From positions 32,001-96,000 of the forward strand of contig JBGANF010000007.1 in assembly GCA_044222475.1 (NCBI GenBank): a stretch of 64,000 nt of DNA, given 5' to 3'. The notes beneath the pieces were generated by a model, which saw only the letters and a list, made by a program, of their open reading frames with translations, was not told the DNA's origin and ran no database searches. Positions 52,941 to 62,832 of the stretch are shown here, piece after piece (the first letter of the stretch is position 1; every line of letters begins with the position of its first letter). Source of the stretch: Polyangiaceae bacterium (GTDB taxonomy: Bacteria > Myxococcota_A > Polyangia > Polyangiales > Polyangiaceae). Position numbers and translations under genes: made by a program.

Positions 52941-54933
52941 GGCTCGCCGCGTCGGCCATGAATTTCGCGAACTTCGGGTTCACCGAACAAGGGAGCTCGC
53001 CGTGCGCCGTCAGAGCCGCGCAGTACGCGTCGGCGAGGGACGACGCAGGCTGCGCGGCTCCGCGATTCACCTCGGGCAGGCGGTTGAAGTAGACGTCCTG
53101 CAGCGCGCAGCGGGTGGTCGGCGCGCCGGTGCACGCCCGCATGAACGACTCGGCGAGAAAGGGCATCGTGAGCGCGTCCGCGCCGCGAGTGACGTCGTAG
53201 AAGAACGTAAGCCAATCGAGCTCCGTCCCCCCGTAGTCCTGCTCGGTGCTGCAGTGCGTCTCGAGCCAGCGCGGGGTCCCGGTGCAACTCACGTTCTGCG
53301 GCGGGGGCAGACCGTCGACGGTGGTCTTGTAGTACGCGAACGAGCAGTCGCCCTGCCGCGGGTCGTTGAACGTTCGCGCGGCGATGAAGTGGCCGAACGC
53401 TTCGTTCATCGCGAACGACTGCGCCTGACGCGACGTGAGGCAATGCGTCACGTTGCCGCTCTTGACGTGATCGCAGCGGCACGCTTCGTCTTGAACGCCA
53501 TCCTGACCGGGTACCCAATACGTCACGCCGAACGCTGCCTCGCCGATGAGGTGGCCGATCTCGTGGGCGACGATGTACTTGTACTGCGAGTTGTGCTCAT
53601 CCGGATTGAGCAGGTTCGTGGACGTGTCGAGCACGTACCCGAGCCGCACCCGGCCCGCGCCCGCGCACGCCTCGGTCTGAACGCCGTTGGCGTCGGTCGC
53701 CCATGCGTCCGGGCACCCGGTGTTCGCGTGGATGCGGGCGACGAATCCGGGGGGCAGCATGTCGTCGTTGGCGAGAATCGGGCCGGCGACCGCGGCCGCT
53801 CTCGTCGCCATGTCCTCGACGGCGGGCGTCAGCGTCACCAGCTCGGGTGTCGCGTGGCTTCCGCCGCTGGTCGTGGCGAGATCGAGCGCTTCGACGACGA
53901 CGAGCGGGGTCGGAGAGCTCTCCGAGTACGTGATGAGGGCGCTCGTCCCTCCGGAGTCCGGCTTGACGAGATCCGTCGTCGCCAGGACGGTGAACTTGTC
54001 GGAGCGATTCAAGCTGAGGGTGGGCGTGCATCCATGGTCGTCGAGCACGCCGTTCCACACGATGCGAGGGGCGAGCTCGTCGGTCATGATCGTCGACGTC
54101 GCGTAGATCGCGGGGCCGTCAGTACCGGTCAGAACGTCGTCCGACAGGCCGTTCGAAGTTTGATTGTCGATGAAGAGCGCTCGCCATCGGAGGCAGATGC
54201 GGTACCAGGGCGCTCGGGCTGGAGCTCGATACCCGCTCGAGAAGGTGGACGCGAGCTCGTGATAGTCGGTCGCCCACTGCCCGCGAAGCGCGTGGCTGAC
54301 TCCATCTCGCCCGTTGGCCGACAGCTTCGTCACGTCGACGAACGTCGAGCCGGTCCACACCGCGCCGACCGGCGCGCTCAGCCGGTGGAATGCGGGGTGG
54401 GTCGCGGCGAGCCACGCCGACCGACTCGCGCTCCGCGGCGGCTGCGCCCGGTCGAGGTCCGAGCCGAGGTCGCCGTGCAGAGTCACGGTCGAGTACGTCG
54501 AGTCCCACTCGGCGCTCTGGTGTGGGCCATCGATGGTGACCCCGGCGCGGGCTCGCAGCCAGAACGTCGTCTCGCTGCCGACGCTTCGGATGGGAACGTC
54601 CGAGAGCGTCAGCGAGACGGTGCTCGAGCCGCGCGCCGGCACCCGAACGGTGGTCATCGGCCGGACGACCATTCGACCGTCGAGGCCGAGGGCAACCACG
54701 TCGACGGCGACATCGCGCGACGAGCCGGAGTGGTTCGTCACGGTGCCGGTGAGCGTTGCGGAAGGCTCGAACCGCCCGAGCTTCATCCCGTCGGTCCAGG
54801 AGACGGTCACTGGGGCGAAGCCGGCAGACTCACCCGCCGTCCGCGCCGGCACCGCGCCCCATGCGGCGCCTTCGACGGCGGCGATCGCAACGAGCACTCT
54901 CGGGAGGTTTCGGAGGCGCTCGTGGTGGAGCAC
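52924..54933 (-). CDS. Secreted protein with HExxH zinc-metallopeptidase motif
   Basis: Signal-like N-terminus; IVAHEIGH and a downstream NEAFGHF (gluzincin-like third ligand); many Cys. Confidence 0.65.
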   Translation of the reverse strand: MLHHERLRNLPRVLVAIAAVEGAAWGAVPARTAGESAGFAPVTVSWTDGMKLGRFEPSATLTGTVTNHSGSSRDVAVDVVALGLDGRMVVRPMTTVRVPARGSSTVSLTLSDVPIRSVGSETTFWLRARAGVTIDGPHQSAEWDSTYSTVTLHGDLGSDLDRAQPPRSASRSAWLAATHPAFHRLSAPVGAVWTGSTFVDVTKLSANGRDGVSHALRGQWATDYHELASTFSSGYRAPARAPWYRICLRWRALFIDNQTSNGLSDDVLTGTDGPAIYATSTIMTDELAPRIVWNGVLDDHGCTPTLSLNRSDKFTVLATTDLVKPDSGGTSALITYSESSPTPLVVVEALDLATTSGGSHATPELVTLTPAVEDMATRAAAVAGPILANDDMLPPGFVARIHANTGCPDAWATDANGVQTEACAGAGRVRLGYVLDTSTNLLNPDEHNSQYKYIVAHEIGHLIGEAAFGVTYWVPGQDGVQDEACRCDHVKSGNVTHCLTSRQAQSFAMNEAFGHFIAARTFNDPRQGDCSFAYYKTTVDGLPPPQNVSCTGTPRWLETHCSTEQDYGGTELDWLTFFYDVTRGADALTMPFLAESFMRACTGAPTTRCALQDVYFNRLPEVNRGAAQPASSLADAYCAALTAHGELPCSVNPKFAKFMADAASHGIVH

Positions 54934-55040
54934 TCCACGACGGTCCCATGGAACGCGCGGGCACGAAGATGATCTTCGCGTAAGGTTCGTCGCGCCCGCC
55001 GGTCCTGGTACCCTGCTCGCGCGATGGGGACGACTGGGCG

Positions 55041-56276
55041 TTGACGATCTTCGAGAGCTTCGGGCTGCTCCTCGCCATCGCGGCGGCGTTCGCCTACGTC
55101 AATCAGCGGTGGCTCAAGCTCCCGACGACGATGGGGCTGATGGCGCTCGCGCTCGTCGCGGCGACCCTCCTTCTCCTCTTCGATCGGTTGGGCCTTTGGC
55201 CGCTCAAATCCACGGCCTCCCACATCCTCGATCGCTTCGCGTTCGGCGACACGCTCCTGCACGGGATGCTCGGGGTGATGCTCTTCGCGGGCGCGCTGCA
55301 CGTCGACCTGAACGATCTTCGTCGAGAACGCGTCGCCATCACGGTCCTCTCGGTCGGAAGCACTGCCATCTCCACCGCGGCCATCAGCGGCCTCGCCTAC
55401 GTCGGATTGCCGTGGGTCGGGAGCCCACTGCCGTTCGGCTACTGCCTTCTGTTCGGAGCGATCATCGCCCCCACCGATCCCATCGGCGTGCTCGGCGTGC
55501 TCCGTCAGGCGCGCGTCCCCAAGAGCCTCGAGACACAGATCGCGGGAGAGTCGTTGTTCAACGACGGCGTCGGGGTCGTGTTGTTCCTCGGCGTGCTCGG
55601 AGTGCTCTCGCGCGGCGGCGGCGTCACCGTCTCCGAGGTCCTCGTGATCTTCGCCCGCCAAGCGCTGGGGGGCGTGGTCTTCGGTCTCGCGGGCGGCTAC
55701 GCCGCGTACCGACTGCTCAAGAGCATCGACCACTACCAGACCGAGCTCCTCATCACCCTCGCGCTGGTGCTCGGCGGGTACGCGTTCGCGGAGCGCCTCG
55801 ACATCTCCGCGCCGCTCGCGGCGGTCACCTCCGGGCTGCTCATCGGGAACCACGGACGCTCGCTCGCGATGTCGGACGTCACGCGCGAGCACCTGGACAA
55901 GTTCTGGTCTCTCGTCGACGAGATCCTCAACGCGATCCTCTTCGTGCTCGTCGGTTTCGAGCTGATTCGACTGTCGCTGACCGGCCGCGCGGTCCTCGCC
56001 GGTGCGCTGATGGTTCCCGTCGTCCTCGTCGCCCGTCTCGCGAGCGTCGCCGGTCCTCTCATCGGCCTTCGTCGGTGGGTCGCGTTCGCTCCCGGGGCGA
56101 TCCCCATTCTCACGTGGGCGGGGCTTCGCGGTGGAATGTCGGTCGCCCTCGCGCTGTCGATCCCCGACTCGTCGGAGCGCTCGCTGATCGTCGCCATGAC
56201 CTACGTCGTCGTCGTGTTCTCGGTGCTCGGGCAAGGGCTCACGTTGCGCGCCGTCGTTCGACGTTTCTCCGCTTGA
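55041..56276 (+). CDS. CPA1-family Na+/H+ antiporter (NhaP-like)
   Basis: LFAGALH, FGAIIAPTDPI, GESLFNDG and W.GLRGG motifs; about 12 TM. Confidence 0.93.
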   Translation: MTIFESFGLLLAIAAAFAYVNQRWLKLPTTMGLMALALVAATLLLLFDRLGLWPLKSTASHILDRFAFGDTLLHGMLGVMLFAGALHVDLNDLRRERVAITVLSVGSTAISTAAISGLAYVGLPWVGSPLPFGYCLLFGAIIAPTDPIGVLGVLRQARVPKSLETQIAGESLFNDGVGVVLFLGVLGVLSRGGGVTVSEVLVIFARQALGGVVFGLAGGYAAYRLLKSIDHYQTELLITLALVLGGYAFAERLDISAPLAAVTSGLLIGNHGRSLAMSDVTREHLDKFWSLVDEILNAILFVLVGFELIRLSLTGRAVLAGALMVPVVLVARLASVAGPLIGLRRWVAFAPGAIPILTWAGLRGGMSVALALSIPDSSERSLIVAMTYVVVVFSVLGQGLTLRAVVRRFSA

Positions 56277-56494
56277 TGCGCCGACCACCGAGCGCGGCAT
56301 CTGCGTGACAAGTCCTCCCGCCGAAGGTAGATTTGCCAGTGGGTGTCGTCGGCCGTCCTGCCGGCGACAGGTTCGGAGTGGTCGGGCCGCCACTCGTCAC
56401 CGGAGACGGTGCACGAGCAGCCGATGGCCGAACACGAGCGACGACCCACCTTTCCCACCTCGACCAACACCGCGGTCCACCCGCAGGAGTCGGC

Positions 56495-57160
56495 GTGAAC
56501 CTCCTCGTCATCGAGGACGACCCGTCGCTCGCCGATCTGCTCGGCCGCGTCCTTCGAGAGGAAGGCCACGCCGCGCTTCTCGTCGGGGATCTCGCGTCGG
56601 GGCTCGCGGCGAGTCGCGACTCGAAGTTCGACGTGGTCGTGCTCGACTGGATGCTCCCCGACGGAGACGGTCTGACCTTCGCGACGGCGCTTCGCACTCG
56701 CGGCGACGCGACGCCGATCTTGATGCTCACCGCCCGCGCCGAGGTCAGGGACAAGGTCGGCGGGTTCAGCGCCGGAGTCGACGACTACCTCACGAAACCC
56801 TTCGAGGTGGAGGAGCTCCTCGCGCGCCTCCACGCGTTGGTTCGGCGTAGCGGGTGGGTGACCCACCTCGAAGCGGGCGCGCTCGTCTTCGATCAGCTCC
56901 AACGGCGCTGTCGCTTGCGAGACGTGCCGATCGATCTCACCGCGCGGGAGTACGAGCTCCTCGTCCGTCTCGCGCTCGCTCGCGACGCGACCGTGAGCCG
57001 AGCCGACCTCCTCGCCGACGTCTGGAAGCTCGACTTCGACCCTGGCTCCGGTGTCCTCGAGGTCCAGATCAGTCGTATCCGCGAGAAGCTCGGCGGCGAC
57101 TCGTGGCGAATCGAGACGGTGCGCGGCGTCGGCTATCGCTTGCGAAGCGAGGGCGCGTGA
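56495..57160 (+). CDS. OmpR-family response regulator
   Basis: AGGAG SD + GTG; LVIEDD, LDWMLP..DG, LTAR, DDYLTKPF and ETVRGVGY motifs. Confidence 0.95.
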   Translation: MNLLVIEDDPSLADLLGRVLREEGHAALLVGDLASGLAASRDSKFDVVVLDWMLPDGDGLTFATALRTRGDATPILMLTARAEVRDKVGGFSAGVDDYLTKPFEVEELLARLHALVRRSGWVTHLEAGALVFDQLQRRCRLRDVPIDLTAREYELLVRLALARDATVSRADLLADVWKLDFDPGSGVLEVQISRIREKLGGDSWRIETVRGVGYRLRSEGA

Positions 57161-58533
57161 AGCTCCGCTTGCGCCTCGCCCTCACGATCGCGGTCACGAC
57201 CGCGCTCACCCTGGGAGCCGCGTTCGCCGCAGTGTTCTGGACGTACACCGGGGTCCTCGAGCGCCGCCTCGACGAAAGCCTCCTCGCGGTGGCGGGGAGC
57301 GAAGCCGCCGAGGCTCCGGCCAACGGGTTTCGCTTCTCGACTCGCCCCGGTCCCGCAGCGAGCGACGTCGGCCCCCTCGAGACGTACGGCGTGATCTACG
57401 ACGAGAGCGGGGCCATCCTCGCGAGCACCGAGCCGTTCACCACCGCGCCACCAGCCCGCGCCGACGTCGAGCGCCCCCCAGGTGCGCCGTTCGACCTTCA
57501 TTTCGGCAAGCAAAACCTCCGCGTCGTCGTCGTTCGGGTCCCGTCGAGCCCGGGCAGGCTCGTTCTCCTGGCGATGCCACGCGACGAGATCGACGGAGAC
57601 GCGCGCTCGCTGCTGCGCGGGATGCTCCTCGCCCTCGCCGTCGCCCTCCCGTGGGCCTCGTTCGTGGCGTATTGGATCGGCGGTCGACTCACCCGCGATC
57701 ACGCCGCCATCGCCAAGGTCGCCCGAGCGGTCGCGCGGGGGGACCTCAGCGTCCGCGTGTCGAGCCGGTCGCCCGACGCCGAGGTCGCGCAGCTCGCCCG
57801 AGACATCGACGAGATGGTCGACCAGCTCACCGAGTCGATGACGTCGCAAGAGCGTTTCGTCGCGAACGCCGCCCACGAGCTCCGCACACCCTTGACCGCG
57901 CTCTATGCGGAGCTCCAACAGGCCCTTCGGCGGGAGCGAAGCGCGCCGGAGTATCGCGCCGCGATCACGCAGGCACTCGAAGAGACGAAGCGACTTCGAG
58001 CGGTGGCGGACGATCTTCTGGTGATCGCAGGGGCTCGACACGACGCCGCGTTCGCGCCGGAGCGGAGACCGATCGACGCCCCTCTGAACGAGGCGCGCGA
58101 GATCGTCGAAAAAGCAGCGACCGAGCGCGCAGTGCAGTTCGCCCAGTCGGGCAGTACGGACGTCTTCGTCGAGGAGCGCAACCGCGACTTGACGCGACTC
58201 TTCCGCAACTTGTTCGAGAACGCAGTGCGGCACTCTCCCGATGGCGGTGTCGTGCGCGTCCACGTCGCCGCCGGGGAGCGGCTCCGCGTCTCGGTGTGCG
58301 ACGACGGCGACGGCATCGTCGATGCGGATCGCCCCTATCTCTTCGAGCCCTTCTTTCGCGGGCATCGCGCCAAGCGCGATCGAGGGACGGGTCTCGGGCT
58401 CGCCATCGCACGCGAGATCGCTCGCGCTCACGGCGGCGACGTCGTCCTGGATGGTGAGGCGCAGAACGGCGGCGCCGCATTCGTGGTCGAGCTTCCGCTC
58501 GTAGCCGAGACCGCCGCGACCCCCGAAGCGTGA
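57157..58533 (+). CDS. HAMP sensor histidine kinase (CusS/CzcS-like)
   Basis: Two TM, HAMP, FVANAAHELRTPL, NL.ENA and GTGLGLAI; GTGA overlap with the response regulator. Confidence 0.93.
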   Translation: MKLRLRLALTIAVTTALTLGAAFAAVFWTYTGVLERRLDESLLAVAGSEAAEAPANGFRFSTRPGPAASDVGPLETYGVIYDESGAILASTEPFTTAPPARADVERPPGAPFDLHFGKQNLRVVVVRVPSSPGRLVLLAMPRDEIDGDARSLLRGMLLALAVALPWASFVAYWIGGRLTRDHAAIAKVARAVARGDLSVRVSSRSPDAEVAQLARDIDEMVDQLTESMTSQERFVANAAHELRTPLTALYAELQQALRRERSAPEYRAAITQALEETKRLRAVADDLLVIAGARHDAAFAPERRPIDAPLNEAREIVEKAATERAVQFAQSGSTDVFVEERNRDLTRLFRNLFENAVRHSPDGGVVRVHVAAGERLRVSVCDDGDGIVDADRPYLFEPFFRGHRAKRDRGTGLGLAIAREIARAHGGDVVLDGEAQNGGAAFVVELPLVAETAATPEA

Positions 58534-58538
58534 GGCGC

Positions 58539-60443
58539 TCAGTCGGTCGGCGTCGATGCGTCGGTCTGCTCGAAGCGACCTTGCTCTCGGCCTAGGTAGG
58601 CGAGGCGCGAGCGGAGGCGCTTGACCTCTCCGCGATGCTTGGCGCCGACGTCCGTCTGCTCGAGCGGGTCGGTGGTCACGTCGAACAGCCCGCACCCGGC
58701 AGACGACCGCTCGCAGACGAGGCGATACGGACCCTCGGCGACCATCTCGTACTCGTCGGCCTCGACCCAGGCGATGCCGCGCTCGTCGATGATGCTGCCG
58801 GACAGAACGGCACCGAGATCACGCCCGCGAACGGTGGACGACCGTGGACCCCCGAGCGCGGCAACGATGGTGGGGAAGAGATCGACGGTCTGCGATGCGA
58901 GCATGAGCTCCCGGCCCGCCTCGACACCCGGGCCGACGACGACCAGCGGCACGCGCACCTGCTCCTCGTACGTGGTGGTTCCGTGGAACTGTCCACCGTG
59001 ATCGTCGAACTCCTCACCGTGATCGGCGGTCACGATCACGACCGCGTTGGGTCGTGCCTCGCGCATGGCGCGAACGACCTCGTCAATGCCGTCGTCGGTG
59101 GCGGCGATCTCGCCGTCGTAGAGATCGATCTCCTCGTCGCCGAAGTCGTGATCCGCGTGGCGTTCGTAGGGCTCGTGGGGCTCGAAGAAGTGGACCCACA
59201 CGAACGTCGGCTGGTCAGGCGCCGCCGTCGACAAGTAGGAGCGGACCTCGTCCGCACGAGCGATGGGGTCGGCGAACGCTTCGACGTGGAAGGCGAAGTC
59301 GAGCGACCGTTCGTAGAAGCCTTCGAAGCGCTCCGTGTCGACGTACCACACCGCTGGCGGGTAGAACGCCGCCGTCTGGTAGCCGAGCCGACCCGTCTGA
59401 AGGGCGAGTGTCTCCGAGTCCGCGCCGAGGCCACTCAGGAGAAGCGGGTGGATGAACTTGCCCGTCATCAACGAGACGAGCGAGTGCGACGTGTGCGGTA
59501 TCGGGCAGTAGGCATGGAGAAAGGTCGTGCCCTCGCGCGCGAGCGCGTCGAGGTGCGGGCTCGTCGCGCGTGCGTAGCCATAGGCGCCGAGGTGGTCGGC
59601 GCGGAGCGCGTCGACCGTGATGAGGAGTACGTCCCGACCGGACCAATCGAGCGCCCGCGCGACGGGCGGAGCGCCGACGTCTTCCGCGGGCGCCGCGGGA
59701 AGAATCGGCTCGGGCGGAACGATCGCCATGGCGAGACGCACCGCTCTCCCCGTCCACGGAGCGTGCTCGACGAGCGTGACGCGCAGGTGTTCGTGCTGGT
59801 GCATCGCGCGCGCGCACGAAGGCGCACGGAGAAGCGAGAAGATGCCGAGCGCCCAGCCAGCGAGCCAGCCCCTGGCGAGCCGGCGTTCTTCGATTGCAGC
59901 GCTGAACCCGCACGCCGCGAGGGAGGACGCGAAGAGCGCTAGATGGACGGCAGGGTACGTGCGGCGCAACAGAAACGCGTCCCCGCACCATGCCGCGAGC
60001 GCGCCCACCGCGAGAAGCGTCGAAGCCCCACGCAGGCGAATCGCGCGAGGCAACACGTGACCGGCAACGGCGCCAGCGACCGCGATCGCCGCCACCACCG
60101 GCGCGCGGAGCGAAAGTGCTCCGAAGTGTCGACCCTGAGTCACGCCGAGCGCGAACGCGAACGCGGCGGCGGCACCAATGGCAGCGAGCAGTCGACGTGA
60201 GCGGCGCTCCGCCAGGGCATACAGGCCGCTGATCACGCACGCGGCAGGAACGGCTGCGGCGAGAAAGATCGGAGCCGCCTCGGTTCGGGCCGGACTCAGG
60301 TCGTCCGCGTCGACGAAGTACTTTCCGAGGGCCACGCCGAGAACGCAATGCTCCAGCGCAAGCGCGACGGCGACCCCGAAAAGGACGACGCCGATTCGCG
60401 TGGCAGCTGCCTGAATGCGCGGGAGGGAGTCGCGGCGCCCCAC
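58539..60443 (-). CDS. Membrane-anchored sulfatase-like / alkaline-phosphatase-superfamily hydrolase or transferase
   Basis: Multi-TM N-terminus; LITVDALRAD, PHTSHS..SL.TG, HFFEPH.PY and TADHGE motifs. Confidence 0.85.
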   Translation of the reverse strand: MGRRDSLPRIQAAATRIGVVLFGVAVALALEHCVLGVALGKYFVDADDLSPARTEAAPIFLAAAVPAACVISGLYALAERRSRRLLAAIGAAAAFAFALGVTQGRHFGALSLRAPVVAAIAVAGAVAGHVLPRAIRLRGASTLLAVGALAAWCGDAFLLRRTYPAVHLALFASSLAACGFSAAIEERRLARGWLAGWALGIFSLLRAPSCARAMHQHEHLRVTLVEHAPWTGRAVRLAMAIVPPEPILPAAPAEDVGAPPVARALDWSGRDVLLITVDALRADHLGAYGYARATSPHLDALAREGTTFLHAYCPIPHTSHSLVSLMTGKFIHPLLLSGLGADSETLALQTGRLGYQTAAFYPPAVWYVDTERFEGFYERSLDFAFHVEAFADPIARADEVRSYLSTAAPDQPTFVWVHFFEPHEPYERHADHDFGDEEIDLYDGEIAATDDGIDEVVRAMREARPNAVVIVTADHGEEFDDHGGQFHGTTTYEEQVRVPLVVVGPGVEAGRELMLASQTVDLFPTIVAALGGPRSSTVRGRDLGAVLSGSIIDERGIAWVEADEYEMVAEGPYRLVCERSSAGCGLFDVTTDPLEQTDVGAKHRGEVKRLRSRLAYLGREQGRFEQTDASTPTD

Positions 60444-60605
60444 CCTGCGGTGTGTACCGCACGACTCGGATCACAACCTTACGTTCGCGTAAGCCCCTTC
60501 CGGCGGCGACCCCCCGCGTCATCGGAGGCGCTGGATTTTCTGCGAGTTCATGGGCCGAACCACCTAGGCGACGTCGGCGAGAAGTTCCGGTAGTCTCCCC
60601 CCACG

Positions 60606-61805
60606 ATGGCGATCAAGCTCCACGTCGCTGGGCTCACCGACCCTGGAAAGATTCGGACCAACAACGAAGACGCCTTCGTCGTTGCCGACCTCAACGGCGA
60701 CGGAAAAGCCGACGTCACCAAGCCGGCCGAGTTCGACGTCAAAGAGCGCGGCACCCTGCTCGCCGTTTCGGACGGCATGGGCGGGGAGGCAGCGGGCGAG
60801 GTCGCGAGCGCGCTCGTCGTCGAGACCCTGCGCGCAGTGCTCACCAAGGCCGCCCCCACCGACGAGGCGACCAACTCGGCGATCGCGAAGGCCGTCGAGC
60901 ACGCGGTGAACAAGGCGAACGACGTCGTCTTCAAGGAATCGCGCTCGCCCGACAAGAAGGGCATGGGAGCGACGCTCACCGCCGTCTACATCCATGGCGA
61001 CACCGCCTACATCGCGGAGGTCGGCGACTCGCGCGCGTACCTCGTCCGCGGCCGGCGTGTGCGCCAGATGACCAAGGACCAGAGCTTCGTGCAGCTCCTC
61101 CTCGACAGCGGCGCGCTCACCCCCGAAGACGCCGAGAACTACCCGCACAAGAACCTCATCCTCCAGGCGATGGGTCAGAAGGACAAGGTGAGCGTCGCGC
61201 TCGGAAAGCTCGCGCTCCGCCGGAGCGATCGCCTCCTCATCTGCTCCGATGGCCTCTCGAACAAGGTCACTCCCGAGGAGATCAAGGAAGCGCTCCTCAC
61301 CGGCGACCCGCTCGACGTGATCTGCAAGAAGCTCGTCGACCTCGCCAACGAGCGCGGCGGCGACGACAACATCACCCTCGTCGTCGCGCAGCTCGAAGGC
61401 GAAGGGCTCACGCCGTTCCGCGACGACGAGCGCGTCACCACCACCTTCGAGGTCGTCAAGGAGGGCCCCGGCGTCCCCGACGACGAGAAGAAGGAAGCCA
61501 AGAAGAAGAACGACGAGCCCAAGAAGGACGACGCCAAGAAGGACGACGCGGATCCCCCGGCCAAGGACGACGAGCCGACCGACGGGAAGCGCAAGAAGAA
61601 GAAGGAAGAGGCCAAGAAGAAGGCCGAAGAAGAGGACGACGAGGAAGAGGCTAAGGACGACGAAGACGAGGACGACGAGAAGAAGGCCATCGAGCCCAAG
61701 CCGCCCACGGAAGAAGAGCTCAAGTCGCGCCCGCTTCAGATGGTCGTCGCGGTGGTGATGATCGCCGTGATGATCGGCGTCTTCTATCTCATCCTCAAAG
61801 ACTGA
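60606..61805 (+). CDS. Stp1/PP2C-family phosphatase with K/D/E-rich linker and C-terminal TM
   Basis: R.NNED, VSDGMGG, GMGAT, VGDSRAY, CSDGL and GGDDNIT motifs. Confidence 0.93.
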   Translation: MAIKLHVAGLTDPGKIRTNNEDAFVVADLNGDGKADVTKPAEFDVKERGTLLAVSDGMGGEAAGEVASALVVETLRAVLTKAAPTDEATNSAIAKAVEHAVNKANDVVFKESRSPDKKGMGATLTAVYIHGDTAYIAEVGDSRAYLVRGRRVRQMTKDQSFVQLLLDSGALTPEDAENYPHKNLILQAMGQKDKVSVALGKLALRRSDRLLICSDGLSNKVTPEEIKEALLTGDPLDVICKKLVDLANERGGDDNITLVVAQLEGEGLTPFRDDERVTTTFEVVKEGPGVPDDEKKEAKKKNDEPKKDDAKKDDADPPAKDDEPTDGKRKKKKEEAKKKAEEEDDEEEAKDDEDEDDEKKAIEPKPPTEEELKSRPLQMVVAVVMIAVMIGVFYLILKD

Positions 61806-61818
61806 ACCTGCAGGCCGC

Positions 61819-62820
61819 ATGTGGAACGCCCACGGCAAGCGGCTGAGCAAGACTGCCCGCCTGGTGCAGCTCGCGTCGCTCGTCGTCGCTTGCGTGGTGG
61901 GGCTCTTGATCGGTGCGCGGAAGGTGCGGGCGAGCCGGGTGGACCCGCCCCTCCAGGCGCAGTCGGTCTTGGCCCACCCTCCGCCGGCGGGCGCAGCGCA
62001 CGCGAAGGTCGGTCTCGTGCTCGTCGACGTGACCGGATACGACATCCACCGAGGCACGTTCGAGGCCGACCTCTTCGTGTCGCTGACGTCGGATCGACCG
62101 ATGGGGCCGGTGTCGCTCGGCTTCAGCAACGGCAGCCATGCGACCACCGTGGTCCTCGCCGACACGCCGACGTTCAAGCTCTATCGCTCCCGGGTCGATC
62201 TCGTGAGCCCGATCGACCTCCGCGCGTATCCCTTCGACACGCAGCGGTTGACGGTGGAGCTGGAGGATACCCGCGCCGGCGTGGACCAGCTCGTGCTCGA
62301 GCCGGACGAGTCACGGACCGCGCTCGACGAAGGCTTCGACGTCGCCGGTTGGCGGGCCGGATCCATCGGTGCGAAGGCGTGGCGACACGCGTACCCGCCA
62401 CGCTTCGACCGCGACGACCTCTACGTGTCGCGGTACCAGTTCACCCTCCAGATCGATCGTTATGGAACTTCGGCCGCGTTCGGCGTCTTCGTCCCACCGT
62501 TCATCATCGTGTTCATCTCGCTCTTCGGGCTGTGGGTGTCTCCCGACCACATGACGGTTCGGACGAACGCCGGGCCGCCCATGCTCGCGGCGGCCGTGCT
62601 CTTCCACTATGCGCTCCTCGCGACGCTCCCCGAGACCGGCTACCTCATCCGCGCGGACAAGATCATGCTCTCGGTCTACGCGTCGATCTTCCTCAACATC
62701 GCGACGACGCTCGTCGTGCTCACGGTCGACGGGAAGACCGTCGATCGGGTGCTCCGGATCGGCCGTACGTGGGTTCCGGCCGCCGTCGTCGTCATCATGA
62801 TCGTGGGGAGCCTCGTGTGA
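61819..62820 (+). CDS. Prokaryotic pentameric ligand-gated ion channel (GLIC/ELIC-like)
   Basis: Signal peptide; Pro-loop DLRAYPFDTQ; pre-M1 Arg; M1 Pro; M2-M3 loop LP..GY...D; four TM helices. Confidence 0.82.
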   Translation: MWNAHGKRLSKTARLVQLASLVVACVVGLLIGARKVRASRVDPPLQAQSVLAHPPPAGAAHAKVGLVLVDVTGYDIHRGTFEADLFVSLTSDRPMGPVSLGFSNGSHATTVVLADTPTFKLYRSRVDLVSPIDLRAYPFDTQRLTVELEDTRAGVDQLVLEPDESRTALDEGFDVAGWRAGSIGAKAWRHAYPPRFDRDDLYVSRYQFTLQIDRYGTSAAFGVFVPPFIIVFISLFGLWVSPDHMTVRTNAGPPMLAAAVLFHYALLATLPETGYLIRADKIMLSVYASIFLNIATTLVVLTVDGKTVDRVLRIGRTWVPAAVVVIMIVGSLV

Positions 62821-62832
62821 ACGAGCGCCGGT

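Noticed and set aside
56277..56494. About 220-bp gap before the response regulator as an sRNA or gene remnant
   Set aside because: No convincing structure, terminator or protein motif.
45736..60443. Whole metal-efflux region as a mobile genomic island
   Set aside because: No integrase, transposase, tRNA or long flanking repeats; only a mild codon-usage impression in part of it.
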